From the NCBI GenBank assembly GCA_964016885.1, contig OZ024741.1:225618001-225682000 (forward strand): a DNA stretch of 64,000 nt, in the 5' to 3' direction. A program made the translations under genes and the position numbers. The notes below the pieces were generated by a model. That model saw only the letters and a list, made by a program, of their open reading frames with translations. It was not told the origin of the DNA and ran no database searches. This document shows positions 1 to 12,947 of the stretch, one piece after another. Every line of letters starts with the position of its first letter. The first letter of the stretch is position 1. Source of the stretch: Eledone cirrhosa. Its lineage: Eukaryota.

Positions 1-399
1 AATCCCTGTAAACTACATCCATGTCAAATCACTGTAAACAATGCTTTAAACTGAATCTTTGAGAATGGAATTCGGAACATGTAAAGTTGAATGATTTGTA
101 GAATAACAAAACTTTGAAACAACGATTTTTGCAAAGACTGTATAAATTATACTTCAAAATTATTACAAAATTCTGTGAGAACTTTGTAGAAACAGACATT
201 GAAACCAGCTGCCGTGTGTTGTTGCTCGAAGATTATCAGCCTAGATTGAAGATATATAAAAGGAATTTTGATTTAAAAAACCGAAATGACTAAATAAAAT
301 TAAAATACTCATTTAAGAAATGATAAAGTAGTACAGACATATATTCATGTGATGATTTGTCGTGGAAGTGATAAAGTTCAAGCGGAATCTACAACTTAC

Positions 400-524
400 C
401 TGAATATGATCTGGACGGCCAGTACTTTCCATTCGACTCGCAACGTTTACAGTGTTGCCCCATATATCATATTGGGGTTTTCTGGCGCCGATTACCCCCG
501 CTACAACAGGGCCCACATTGACTC
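400..524 (-). CDS. ADCY: Adenylate cyclase exon (C2 catalytic C-terminal part: [42 protein letters not shown])
   Basis: Class III cyclase C2 signature with D of QYDIWG and N/R of TVNVASRM. Acceptor ttttacactag (525-527) and donor gtaagt (394-399); phase matches the exon at 5889-6006. Confidence 0.97.
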
Positions 525-610
525 CTAGTGTAAAAAAAAACAACATCTGAGTAATTATAACGCAACAACAACAACAACAACAATAATGATACTAGCAATA
601 ATAATAATAA

Positions 611-817
611 TTGTTTCTACTTTAGGCACAAGGCCAGCAATTGGAAGCGGGAGGGGAAAGTCTATTGAATCGACCTCAGTGCATTACGGGTACTTTATTT
701 TATTGACCACATAAGGATGACAGGCAAAGCTAACCTCGGCAGGATTTGAAATCAGAACGTAAAGGGCCGTAACTATATGCTGCAAAGCAGGGTTTCCGGC
801 GCTCTACCGATACTGCC

Positions 818-820
<3 letters not shown>
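611..820 (-). mobile_element. tRNA-derived SINE, family A (Octopus OK-like)
   Basis: Reverse complement of the consensus ggattggcagtatcggtagag...gttcaaatcc.gccgagg...gcctttcatcctt...gctggccttgtgcc.aaagtagaaac, repeated more than 14 times in the window. Confidence 0.85.
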
Positions 821-844
<24 letters not shown>

Positions 845-848
<4 letters not shown>

Positions 849-1152
849 CGGAGACTGAAGGACTGATTATATCAGCACAAGATCAGTGTCTGCCAACAAA
901 ATATTACCAAGCCTACATAATAAAAAATGGATGCAGACCATTATGCCGTATGTAAATAACAACCAGAGACCATTGACCATATAATTTCAATGTGCAGTCC
1001 TATAGCTCCAACCGAATACCTAAACAGGCATGACAGAGCTGCACAATACATACATTGGATAATGTGTAAGCAATTTGACCTGCCCCATCAACAGAATTGG
1101 TGGGAGCTTCACCCACCTCCCATACTTGAAAAAGATCCCATCTCAATCCATT
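845..1152 (+). mobile_element. Dong/R4-clade (RLE) non-LTR retrotransposon fragment
   Basis: Translates to KSETEGLIISAQDQCL..CR.C...CSPIAPTEYLNRHDRAAQYIHW (Zn knuckle + RHD helix); abuts an (AAT)n tract. Confidence 0.8.
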
Positions 1153-4100
1153 ACACCCGACCACCAGTTACTCTATGTTACCCCCACACTACACCCGACC
1201 ACCAGTTACTCTATGTTACCTCTACACTACACCCGATCACCAGTTACTCTATGTTATCTCTACACTACACCCGATCACCAGTTACTCTATGTTATCTCTA
1301 CACTACACCCGACCACCAGTTACTCTATGTTACCTCTACACTACACCCGACCACCAGTTACTCTATGTTATCTCTACACTACACCCGATCACCAGTTACT
1401 CTATGTTACCTCTACACTACACCCGACCACCAGTTACGCTATGTTACCTCTACACTACACCCGACCACCAGTTACTCTATGTTATCTCTACACTACACCC
1501 GACCACCAGTTACTCTATGTTATCTCTACACTACACCCGACCACCAGTTACTCTATGTTATCTCTACACTACACCCGACCACCAGTTACTCTATGTTATC
1601 TCTACACTACACCCGACCACCAGTTACTCTATGTTATCTCTACACTACACCCGACCACCAGTTACTCTATGTTATCTCTACACTACACCCGACCACCAGT
1701 TACTCTATGTTATCTCTACACTACACCCGACCACCAGTTACTCTATGTTACCTCTACACTACACCCGACCACCAGTTACTCTATGTTACCCCCACACTAC
1801 ACCCGACCACCAGTTACTCTATGTTACCCCCACACTACACCCGACCACCAGTTACTCTATGTTACCCCTACACTACACCCGACCACCAGTTACTCTATGT
1901 TACCCCCACACTACACCCGACCACCAGTTACTCTATGTTACCTCTACACTACACCCGACCACCAGTTACTCTATGTTATCTCTACACTACACCCGACCAC
2001 CAGTTACTCTATGTTATCTCTACACTACACCCGACCACCAGTTACTCTATGTTATCTCTACACTACACCCGACCACCAGTTACTCTATGTTACCTCTACA
2101 CTACACCCGACCACCAGTTACTCTATGTTACCCCCACACTACACCCGACCACCAGTTACTCTATGTTACCCCCACACTACACCCGACCACCAGTTACTCT
2201 ATGTTACCCCTACACTACACCCGACCACCAGTTACTCTATGTTACCCCCACACTACACCCGACCACCAGTTACTCTATGTTACCTCTACACTACACCCGA
2301 CCACCAGTTACTCTATGTTATCTCTACACTACACCCGACCACCAGTTACTCTATGTTACCCCTACACTACACCCGACCACCAGTTACTCTATGTTACCCC
2401 CACACTACACCCGACCACCAGTTACTCTATGTTACCCCTACACTACACCCGACCACCAGTTACTCTATGTTACCCCCACACTACACCCGACCACCAGTTA
2501 CGCTATGTTACCTCTACACTACACCCGACCACCAGTTACGCTATGTTATCTCTACACTACACCCGACCACCAGTTACTCTATGTTATCTCTACACTACAC
2601 CCGACCACCAGTTACTCTATGTTACCCCCACACTACACCCGACCACCCGTTACTCTATGTTATCTCTACACTACACCCGACCACCAGTTACTCTATGTTA
2701 TCTCTACACTACACCCGACCACCAGTTACTCTATGTTACCCCCACACTACACCCGACCACCAGTTACGCTATGTTACCCCTACACTACACCCGACCACCA
2801 GTTACTCTATGTTACCCCTACACTACACCCGACCACCAGTTACTCTATGTTATCTCTACACTACACCCGACCACCAGTTACTCTATGTTACCTCTACACT
2901 ACACCCGACCACCAGTTACTCTATGTTATCTCTACACTACACCCGACCACCAATTACTCTATGTTATCTCTACACTACACCCGACCACCAGTTACTCTAT
3001 GTTACCCCCACACTACACCCGACCACCAGTTACGCTATGTTATCTCTACACTACACCCGACCACCAGTTACTCTATGTTACCCCTACACTACACCCGACC
3101 ACCAATTACTCTATGTTATCTCTACACTACACCCGACCACCAGTTACTCTATGTTATCTCTACACTACACCCGACCACCAGTTACTCTATGTTACCCCCA
3201 CACTACACCCGACCACCAGTTACGCTATGTTATCTCTACACTACACCCGACCACCAGTTACTCTATGTTACCTCTACACTACACCCGACCACCAGTTACT
3301 CTATGTTATCTCTACACTACACCCGACCACCAGTTACTCTATGTTACCCCTACACTACACCCGACCACCAGTTACTCTATGTTACCCCCACACTACACCC
3401 GACCACCAGTTACGCTATGTTATCTCTACACTACACCCGACCACCAGTTACTCTATGTTACCCCCACACTACACCCGACCACCAGTTACTCTATGTTACC
3501 CCTACACTACACCCGACCACCAGTTACTCTATGTTACCCCCACACTACACCCGACCACCAGTTACGCTATGTTACCTCTACACTACACCCGACCACCAGT
3601 TACGCTATGTTATCTCTACACTACACCCGACCACCAGTTACTCTATGTTACCTCTACACTACACCCGACCACCAATTACTCTATGTTACCCCCACACTAC
3701 ACCCGACCACCCGTTACTCTATGTTATCTCTACACTACACCCGACCACCAGTTACTCTATGTTACCTCTACACTACACCCGACCACCAGTTACTCTATGT
3801 TACCCCTACACTACACCCGACCACCAGTTACTCTATGTTATCTCTACACTACACCCGACCACCAGTTACTCTATGTTATCTCTACACTACACCCGACCAC
3901 CAGTTACTCTATGTTACCCCTACACTACACCCGACCACCAGTTACTCTATGTTATCTCTACACTACACCCGACCACCAGTTACTCTATGTTACCTCTACA
4001 CTACACCCGACCACCAGTTACTCTATGTTATCTCTACACTACACCCGACCACCAATTACTCTATGTTACCTCTACACTACACCCGACCACCAGTTACTCT

Positions 4101-5430
4101 ATGTTATCTCTACACTACACCCGACCACCAGTTACTCTATGTTACCCCTACACTACACCCGACCACCAGTTACTCTATGTTATCTCTACACTACACCCGA
4201 CCACCAGTTACTCTATGTTACCTCTACACTACACCCGACCACCAGTTACTCTATGTTATCTCTACACTACACCCGACCACCAATTACTCTATGTTACCTC
4301 TACACTACACCCGACCACCAGTTACTCTATGTTATCTCTACACTACACCCGACCACCCGTTACTCTATGTTATCTCTACACTACACCCGACGACCCGTTG
4401 CAGTATGTTATCTCTACACTACACCCGACCACCAGTTACGCTATGTTACCTCTACACTACACCCGACCACCAGTTACGCTATGTTACCTCTACACTACAC
4501 CCGACCACCAGTTACTCTATGTTACCCCCACACTACACCCGACCACCAGTTACGCTATGTTACCTCTACACTACACCCGACCACCAGTTACTCTATGTTA
4601 CCCCCACACTACACCCGACCACCAGTTACGCTATGTTACCTCTACACTACACCCGACCACCAATTACTCTATGTTACCCCCACACTACACCCGACCACCC
4701 GTTACTCTATGTTATCTCTACACTACACCCGACCACCAGTTACTCTATGTTACCCCCACACTACACCCGACCACCAGTTACGCTATGTTACCCCTACACT
4801 ACACCCGACCACAAATTACTCTATGTTACCCCCACACTACACCCGACCACCAGTTACGCTATGTTACCTCTACACTACACCCGACCACCAATTACTCTAT
4901 GTTACCTCTACACTACACCCGACCACCAGTTGATCTATGTTACCTCTACACTACACCCGACCACCCGTTGCAGTATGTTATCTCTACACTACACCCGACC
5001 ACCAGTTACGCTATGTTACCTCTACACTACACCCGACCAACAGTTACGCTATGTTATCTCTCCTTTACAACCAACCACCCGTTACTGCATCCCATCTCAA
5101 CGTTACACCCGACCACCTATTACTACATGGTTTCTGAACGTTACACCCACCCATTTGTTATTACATACTATCTCACCCTTACACCCAACCATACATTACT
5201 CCATCTCATCCTCACGTTACATCCGACTCTACATTAATGCTTTATCTTCCCGTTCCAGCCTTCCAGCAATTGCTCTATGTCATTTCAACGTTACACCTGA
5301 CCAGCCGTTGGTGTATGTTACCTCTACACTACACTCGACCAGCCGTTGGTGTATGTTACCTCTACACTACACTCGACCAGCCGTTGGTGTATGTTACCTC
5401 TACACTACACTCGACCAGCCGCTGCTGTAT
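1153..5430. repeat. 38-bp minisatellite, ~103 well-conserved units (to ~5060) plus degenerate units to ~5430
   Basis: Unit acacccgaccaccagttactctatgtta(t/c)c(t/c)c(t/c)acact; the 38 period is visible at e.g. 1501/1539. Confidence 0.98.
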
Positions 5431-5500
5431 GTTATGTCCTCGTTCCCCATCAGCCCAATGCTCCTACCCATGCATCTTGTGTTTCGTCTCCTCATATATC

Positions 5501-5718
5501 GATTTTCAACTTAGGCACAAGGCCAGCAAAATCGGGGGATGGGTAAAATTGATGAAATCAACCCAGTACAAAACTGGTACTTTATTTTATCGACTCCAAG
5601 AGAATGAAAGGCAGAGTTAACCTACGCGGGATTTGAAGTCAGAATGTAAAGAGCCAGAATAAATACCGAAATAATATTTTATCCGACGCTCCACCAATTC
5701 TGCCAATCCACAACCCCC
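5501..5718 (-). mobile_element. SINE family A, diverged
   Basis: ggcacaaggccagcaa...ggtactttattttatcgac...gaaaggca.agttaacct...ctgccaatccac. Confidence 0.75.
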
Positions 5719-5888
5719 GTCTCCTCATATATTGTGATATCAGCATTTTGATAGATGTATGGTGCACCAGCTCTAACTGTCGTCTCACCTCGTCACCAGT
5801 TTAAAAACAACAACAACAACAACAATAACACATGACTGAACTAAACACATTTTATATATTTCAACATAATTTGCAATTAATAACTTAC

Positions 5889-6006
5889 CGATTTTCAGCA
5901 TGAAATTGTTGTAAGAATTTTCATTTATGTTCTTCAGCTTCTCTTTCATACCCATAATAAATTCAATCAAAATTGATAGGTAGTGTGTCACAGAGGCGTC
6001 CGTATC
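5889..6006 (-). CDS. ADCY: Adenylate cyclase exon (DTDASVTHYLSILIEFIMGMKEKLKNINENSYNNFMLKIG)
   Basis: INENSYNNFMLKIG matches the C2 motif IN.HSFNNF.LRIG. cag acceptor 6007-6009 and gtaagt donor 5883-5888; 118 bp, joins the next exon as G|GA. Confidence 0.95.
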
Positions 6007-6196
6007 CTGAGTAGATTATAGAAATATTGAGAGAAATTTCACGTCATGGATTCGATGTTGCAAATATATTAGATTATTAATATAATTTATAATTTATATA
6101 TATAGCACTTTATAGGGAGGGGAAAGTCGATTATATCGATGCCAGTACTTGACTGGTACATTATTTTACTGGTATATTATTATGACTGCTATAATG

Positions 6197-6411
6197 GTTT
6201 CTTATATAGGCACAAGGCCAGCAATTTTGGGGAGGTGAAAGTCGATTAAATTGACTCCAGTGCGTGACTGGTACTTTATTTTATCGACCGCGTCAGGATG
6301 AAAGGCAAAGTTAACTTCGGCGGGATTTGAATTCAGATCATAAAGGGCCGTAACTCTATGCTCAAAAGCACGGTGTCTGACGCTCTACCGATTCTGCCAA
6401 TCTACCGCCCT
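6197..6411 (-). mobile_element. SINE family A
   Basis: Full-length match to the family A consensus. Confidence 0.85.
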
Positions 6412-6863
6412 TATAACTGCTATAATACAACGTATCACTGTACAACCGAAGATCAATGTTGAATGTTGTATTCAATTTATGGTAATTTACATAAATTTCA
6501 TGATAATTTCCCTTGTTTTTCTTCCTCATAATCAATTATTAAGATTAGGATTTGTCATTAACGTGAAGGGCGTAATCTTAATTAAAAATTTCTAGGCTCA
6601 CCACAAGCGTTTATTTGATTATATGTCTTTACTGTAGCAATCGTCTCTGGGTATTAACCCCGCACCTGTTAATCTTTTAAAGATTTCAAATATTCCCCAT
6701 ATAATGCAGATTGAAATAAAGATGTAATCCCTCTAATAATCTCCACTTCTTCACTGCTGTTTCTGTTTTACACACACATGAATGCAGGAAAAAGTAGGAA
6801 TTAAACTGGGGCGAGTTTTAAAATCCTGCACGTAAACAGTCATCATTATATAACCATATTATA

Positions 6864-7375
6864 CGGGGTCGATAAAATAAAGTACCAGTAATGCACTGGG
6901 TAATTGCTGGCCTTGTGCGTGAAGTAGAAACAATTATATAACCATATTGAGGATAGTAGATTGGCAGTATCGGTAGAGCGTCGGACAACATGCCTTGTGG
7001 CATAGAGTTACGGCCATTTACGTTCTGTGTTCAAATCCCGCCGAGGTTAGCTTTGCGTTTCATCCTTATGCTTATGGGGTCAATAAAATAGAGCACCAGT
7101 AATGCACTGGGGTCAATTTAATCGACTTTCCCCTCTCGCCAAATTGCTGGCCTTGTGTCCCAAAGTAGAAATCATTATATAACCATATTGAGGATAGTGG
7201 ATTGGCAGATTCTTTAGAGAATCGGACAAGATGCTTTGCGACATTTAATCCAAGATTTTACGTTCTGCGTTCAAATCACACTAAAGTCAAATTTGGCTTT
7301 CACAATCCTGAGGTCAATGTAATTGACCATCACCCCACAATTTGTTAGCCTTGTGCCTCAATTAGAACTCATTAC
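6864..7375 (+). mobile_element. Head-to-tail cluster of three family A SINE units (3' piece, full copy, diverged copy)
   Basis: Units are separated by the repeated spacer attatataaccatatt(gaggatagt). Confidence 0.8.
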
Positions 7376-8139
7376 ATAACCGGATTGTAATTAGTCCACC
7401 GCTCTATCTATTTTGCAGGTCACTTCGCTTTAACTGATCCACCTATTTATGAACTTAACCTAAATCCCACAGATATTATGTAAGGGGTTTAGAATTAATT
7501 TAATGAATCCCACTAGTGCTATATTTTTCAATCCTAAGCGTATTTGAAACGCTCACAATGCGAAAGGGATGAATTTAAATGCTGCAACGTGATATATTTT
7601 CGAAGTCACCATATCGATTCTTACGTTAGGCGTCCTTGTATGTGACATAACATGATTTACGTTGTTCCTATTTAGTATTTTGTCATCAGAATTTTTATTA
7701 TTCTTTTAAGAATTTCAATAATTGAATTTCGATTCTACTGGGGCGTTGCTTTCATGGATTTTAATCAACCATATGGCAAAACATTCCTCTTTTGCGCGAT
7801 AAGAAACATTTAAATAAAAGTCAACTAATGACAAGCTTCGCCCAAATATATGTTCAAAACATATGCTTTCTTTTGTGAGACTCTTATTCGCATTCAAATT
7901 ATGGGGTTTCTCAATTGAACCAAAGAAACATTTGAAGGATATCCTAGCCAATGTATGTAAGTATGTGCCTTTCAAGGCAAAAGGCGAGGGAAGGGGACAC
8001 ACTGAGTTAATGTTTCATACTAATGCATGCATCAGTGCAACTTGAGTGACAGTCAGAAGCATTGATAGACATTTACCCCTGACTAGCTGTCACCTTGGTA
8101 GGTGGACCAATGCAAGACACCGTTCATATTACCATCGCT

Positions 8140-8455
8140 CTAACGCTTATCCTCATTATCATTGTTGTCATCATCCTCATAAGCCTCATTATCTTCATAA
8201 TAATCATGTTCCTCATCGTCATCGTCATCATCATCATCGCCATCATTATCATCATCATCATCATCATTATCATCATCATTGCCATCATCATCATCATTTT
8301 CATCGTCGTTATTGTCAGTGTTGTCATTACCGTCGCCATCATCACCATCCACCTTCTACATTATCGTACATTATTATCAACCCTATCGTTATTATAAACA
8401 CCACCACCACCACCACCACCACCATCATTATCATCATCATCCACATCATCATACA
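8140..8455. repeat. Degenerate (ATC/CAT)n and (ACC)n trinucleotide tract
   Basis: Directly visible; produces the poly-His/Ile/Asp/Met ORFs. Confidence 0.9.
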
Positions 8456-8785
8456 CGTCACACATTTCATTATCTTTAGGAATGTAGGATGTTTATCACA
8501 TGTTAATTAACAGAATGTTATCAACAATGTATTAGGATATCAACCATTCAGATCGTATTATATAATATATTAAAGAATTATCAATCTATAATCTGAGAAG
8601 ATTATATAACTACAACTACTGTTTTAATTACGTTCTTTTAACGAACAGTTCTCATAGTTATACCATTCCGATATTCCCTCATTTCCCTGTGGACTTTGAA
8701 TCTTTAATCCGTGATGTTCAGCTTTATTTCTATAAACAGGATTGGAAATATCGAAGAGAGAGAGAGAGGTAGAGAGAGTAAGGGA

Positions 8786-8834
<49 letters not shown>

Positions 8835-9025
8835 TAGAGAGATAGAGAGAAAGAGAGCGCGGGAAAGAGAGAAAAAAGATTACAAACCTTATTAATATTT
8901 TTAATTAATTTTGGAAAGTAATTTATAGTATTTAGTTTAAATCGATGATTATTTGAAAACAAAAATCTGTCAAAATTAATGAATTACATTCCTCCAATTT
9001 CTTTCTTCCTTTCTTTATATATAAT

Positions 9026-9082
<57 letters not shown>

Positions 9083-9227
9083 TTAAAATAATATAATATA
9101 TATTTAATATATATGCTGTACATGTATGTATATATATATTACATTAATATACACGTTATACATGTATGTATATATATATACATACATATATATGTATGTA
9201 TATATGTAAAACAAGAAAATTTCACTC

Positions 9228-9711
9228 TACATGGCCGAATACAATAAATGTAATCTGAGTGTTTCGAATATTAATAATAACATTCGATTCGTTTGCAATA
9301 TTGCAAACAAGCCTCAATTTTATAGCCATGTCAGTAGAATGAAAATTTCATTATTGCTCTTGTGTTGGCAAATCTGGCTAATTAGAGATCTGCTAAATTG
9401 CAGATCTGACTGGTCAGCTAGTCTTCTAATATGCAAATCAGGCCGATCAGTCACTGTGTATTTTTGAAAATAACATATTTTCACTAGCTCTGACAGATTG
9501 GCAGGTGAACAGTGAGCTGTACTGATGAAGGATCACTCATAAATATTAGTGTCTGCAGTTCTGTTCGCATGCCAGCACAAGAGCAAGAATGAAGTGTTCA
9601 TTCTACTGACATGGCTATAAAATTGAGGCTTGTTTGCAAAATTGCAAATGAATCGAATGTTATTATTAATATTCGAAAAACTCATTACATTTCTGTATAT
9701 ACCGGTATGTA
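9228..9711. mobile_element. MITE/fold-back element with ~140-bp terminal inverted repeats
   Basis: 9228-9370 is the near reverse complement of 9570-9711 (tttgcaatattgcaaacaagcctcaattttatagccatgtcagtagaatgaa...); TA-rich flanks. Confidence 0.8.
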
Positions 9712-9729
9712 TATATATATATATAGTTA

Positions 9730-12319
9730 GAGAAGCAAAAAAATTGCTTATTGTGATCCAGTTCTTGGTTAAGAAAGCCAGTTTCATGGATGGTTTCAAC
9801 GTACGGTTAGGGGTAACTCCATAAGTTTGTAAGAATTGCGTTCAATCTTGGAGTATAAAGTATAAAAGAGAAAACACAGGTAAGCATTAAGAGAAGGATT
9901 TTATCCAGGTATTTACGACCGTTTCATTGGTAAGTGCAACCTTATATTGCTATACTGCAAATAGCAGCCACTCAATTATAATTGTTGTTCACAGTCCAAA
10001 TTTTCAAAATAGTGAGTAAGTTACTCTTGAAATAATTCTTAATATATAGAGAAAAACATTTATTTGGAATTGTATTTACTAGTATAGAGAGAGAGGAATC
10101 AGGAGGTGAGGGGACAAACGGAATAGTATAGAGAGAGAGGAAGGGGGAAGAGGTAGGAAGTAGAGTGACAAACTGAGATGGAGGGAGGGGTAGAGGTGGA
10201 AGGATTCCTTGGTCAGTTTTGATAGCAGACTTCATGTCGTGGAATGTAGTGAGTTAAAGAGAATTAAATTGATCATAGTGGGAGTGATGGATAGAGAGGG
10301 AGAGAGGGGGGGGGGGGGATATAAAGAGATAAATATATATATATATATATATGATAAAGATAAAGATAATAATGACAAAAATAAAAGCAAAGAAGGGGGT
10401 GAGAAAGAAGAAAAGAATAGATAGCCAAGAAGGGGAGGGAATGAAGGAAGAAAACGAAGAAATAGAAGAGGAATGAGGGAGAAGAGGGGGATATATGTAT
10501 TGGTTTTGTAGGTAATTAAAAGAGTTTAGATACAACAAGTCTAAATATATCCAGTGGATAAAGCCTTAGCATTCACCAAAGCCAATTCTGACATAACAGA
10601 CGACGGGATAAAAATCATATTAGCTGCTAGGAAAACAATAATTAAATTTGAAAACGCCTATTGGGAACGTAAGGATAGATTAAATAACTTTGACATCACG
10701 ATGGGGGCTAACAACTCGGCTCAAGTCACAGATTTAGTAGGTATTTACATAGCCCATAGTTTACAAAGTGAGTTTAGCGACCTTCACGGTGGAATCTACA
10801 GAGACGACGCCCTTCTCCTAGTTAAGAACCTAAATAACCAGAGCATAGAAAGACTCCGTAAGAATATTAGAAAGACTCTCGGAAAACTAGGCCTTAGCAT
10901 AACGTATGAGTATAGCACTAAAACAGTTAACTTTCTAGACGCGACGCTTAACCTAAATACGGGACCTATAAAACCTTTTCACAAAATTAATGAAAACTTA
11001 GCATACATCAACTGTAACTCAAACCACCCACTATCCATAATTAAATCCATTCCATGCAGCATATCCTTTAGGATCTCCCGCCTCTCGTCTAACCGACAAA
11101 TCTTCGAAGAACATGCAGAATACTACAATACCGCATTAGACAAGGCAGGCCACTTAGATAGAGTAGAATATATAGATGAAAGCCTCCGTGAAGCGCACAC
11201 GAACACGCATAACACAAACTCCGGTAACACACGCACACACGCACTTACGCATAGAACTGCAAAGTATACGGCAAATAGAAATACAGCATCGAAATCAAAC
11301 AAGTCACGCAGTAGAAAATATATTTTGTATAACGCCATATTTAACACCTCTATTAGTACTAACCTACCCTCTACCTTCTTTAGAATAATAAATAAGCACT
11401 TTCCAGATTCACATAGATACAGCAAAATCCTTAACACTAAATTTATTAGATTATCTTACTCCACGGCACCAAATATAGAGGCACACATTAAGATGCTTAA
11501 CGCTAAAAAATACATAACAACACCAAAACACAAATTTACAACAATAAAAATACAATCATCACCGAACACAACAGAATATCTAATACACAACCACCCACTA
11601 ATAAGCAAACAAAGCGTAACACACTTGTACAGGCATCGCAGCCCACCAATAATGCCAAAGTTGCCCATGACAAGAATTGTAACTGCCACCTACCTGAAAT
11701 CTGTCCATTACATAATGAATGTATGCAGTCTAACCTGGTTTACCAATGCACAGTGGAATAAGACAACCAGAAATGGTATTACATCGGAGCGACTGGGAAT
11801 ACATTTAAAGCCCGTTGGTATACACACCATTACGCAATGAAACATTCCCAGCATCGTATGTAACTACCCTTGCAAGCAAGACCTGGCAACTGAGGGAAAG
11901 TAACCATCAATACACCCTGAAGTGGAACAAATTATCGAACGCGCCCCCATATCGGAGTGGTATGAGAAGCTGTCGATTATGCGACCTTGAGCTATTCCAC
12001 ATCTTGAGTTCGAAGAATAAGTTACTCAACAATAAAATCGAAAGATCAATTTATTGTAAACATAGACTCAAAGAGAAGTTTTCGCACTACAAATCGAAGC
12101 CTTAACCTCTTACTACTAACTGACAAACTTTATACCATCTTGTTGTATCTAAACCCTTTTAATTACCAACAAAACCAATACATATATCCCCCTCTTCTCC
12201 CTCATTTCTCTTCTATTTCTTCGTTTTCTTCCTTCATTCCCTCCCCTTCTTGGCTATCTATTCTTTTCTTCTTTCTCACCCCCTTCTTTGCTTTTATTTT
12301 TTCTCATTATCTTTATCTT

Positions 12320-12385
<66 letters not shown>

Positions 12386-12855
12386 TTATCTCTTTATATC
12401 TCCCCCTCTCTCACTCCCTCTCTATCCATCCCTCCCACTATGATCAATTTAATTCTCTTTAACTCACTACATTCCACGACATGAAGTCTGCTATCAAAAC
12501 TGACCAAGGAATCCTTCCACCTCTACCCCTCCCTCCATCTCAGTTTGTCACTCTACTTCCTACCTCTTCCCCCTTCCTCTCTCTCTATACTATTCCGTTT
12601 GTCCCCTCTCCTTCTGATTCCTCTCTCTCTATACTAGTAAATACAATTCCAAATAAATGTGTTACTCTATGTATTAAGAATTATTTCAAGAGTAACTTAC
12701 TCACTATTTTGAAAATTTGGACTGTGAACAACAATTATAATTGAGTGGCTGCTATTTGCAGTATAGCAATATAAGGTTGCACTTACCAATGAAACGGTCG
12801 TAAATACCTGGATAAAATCCTTCTCTTAATGCTTACCTGTGTTTTCTCTTTTATA
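9730..12855 (+). mobile_element. Penelope-like element, 5'-truncated RT + GIY-YIG, flanked by ~0.7-kb inverted copies of its 3' end
   Basis: ORF 10554-11840 has FDITMGA..AQVTDLVG, GGIYRDD, VNFLD and SNHP; frameshifted CNC..CP...C, YIGATGNTFKAR and C..C endonuclease to 12105. 9861-10539 is the inverse of 12139-12855. Confidence 0.92.
12705..12806 (+). ncRNA. Type I hammerhead-like motif, U3-A8 core variant, long stem II (inverted copy at 9910-10011, - strand)
   Basis: TATT-TTGAAAA-tTTGG...CCAAt-GAAA-CGGTCG-T-A-AATA. Confidence 0.55.
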
Positions 12856-12947
12856 TATATATATATATATATATATGAACACACACACACACGCACACAC
12901 ACACACGCACACACACACACACACACATATAAATATATATATATATT

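Noticed and set aside
1153-5060. CRISPR array
   Set aside because: Contiguous tandem units with no unique spacers, no cas genes, and a eukaryotic context.
990-5514. Three overlapping ORFs of 1252-1479 aa as real proteins
   Set aside because: They result from a stop-free 38-bp minisatellite, lie antisense within an intron, and give the same repeat in all frames.
8046-8510. Poly-His/Ile/Asp/Met ORFs (and the many YI/CV/HT-repeat ORFs elsewhere)
   Set aside because: Translations of microsatellites.
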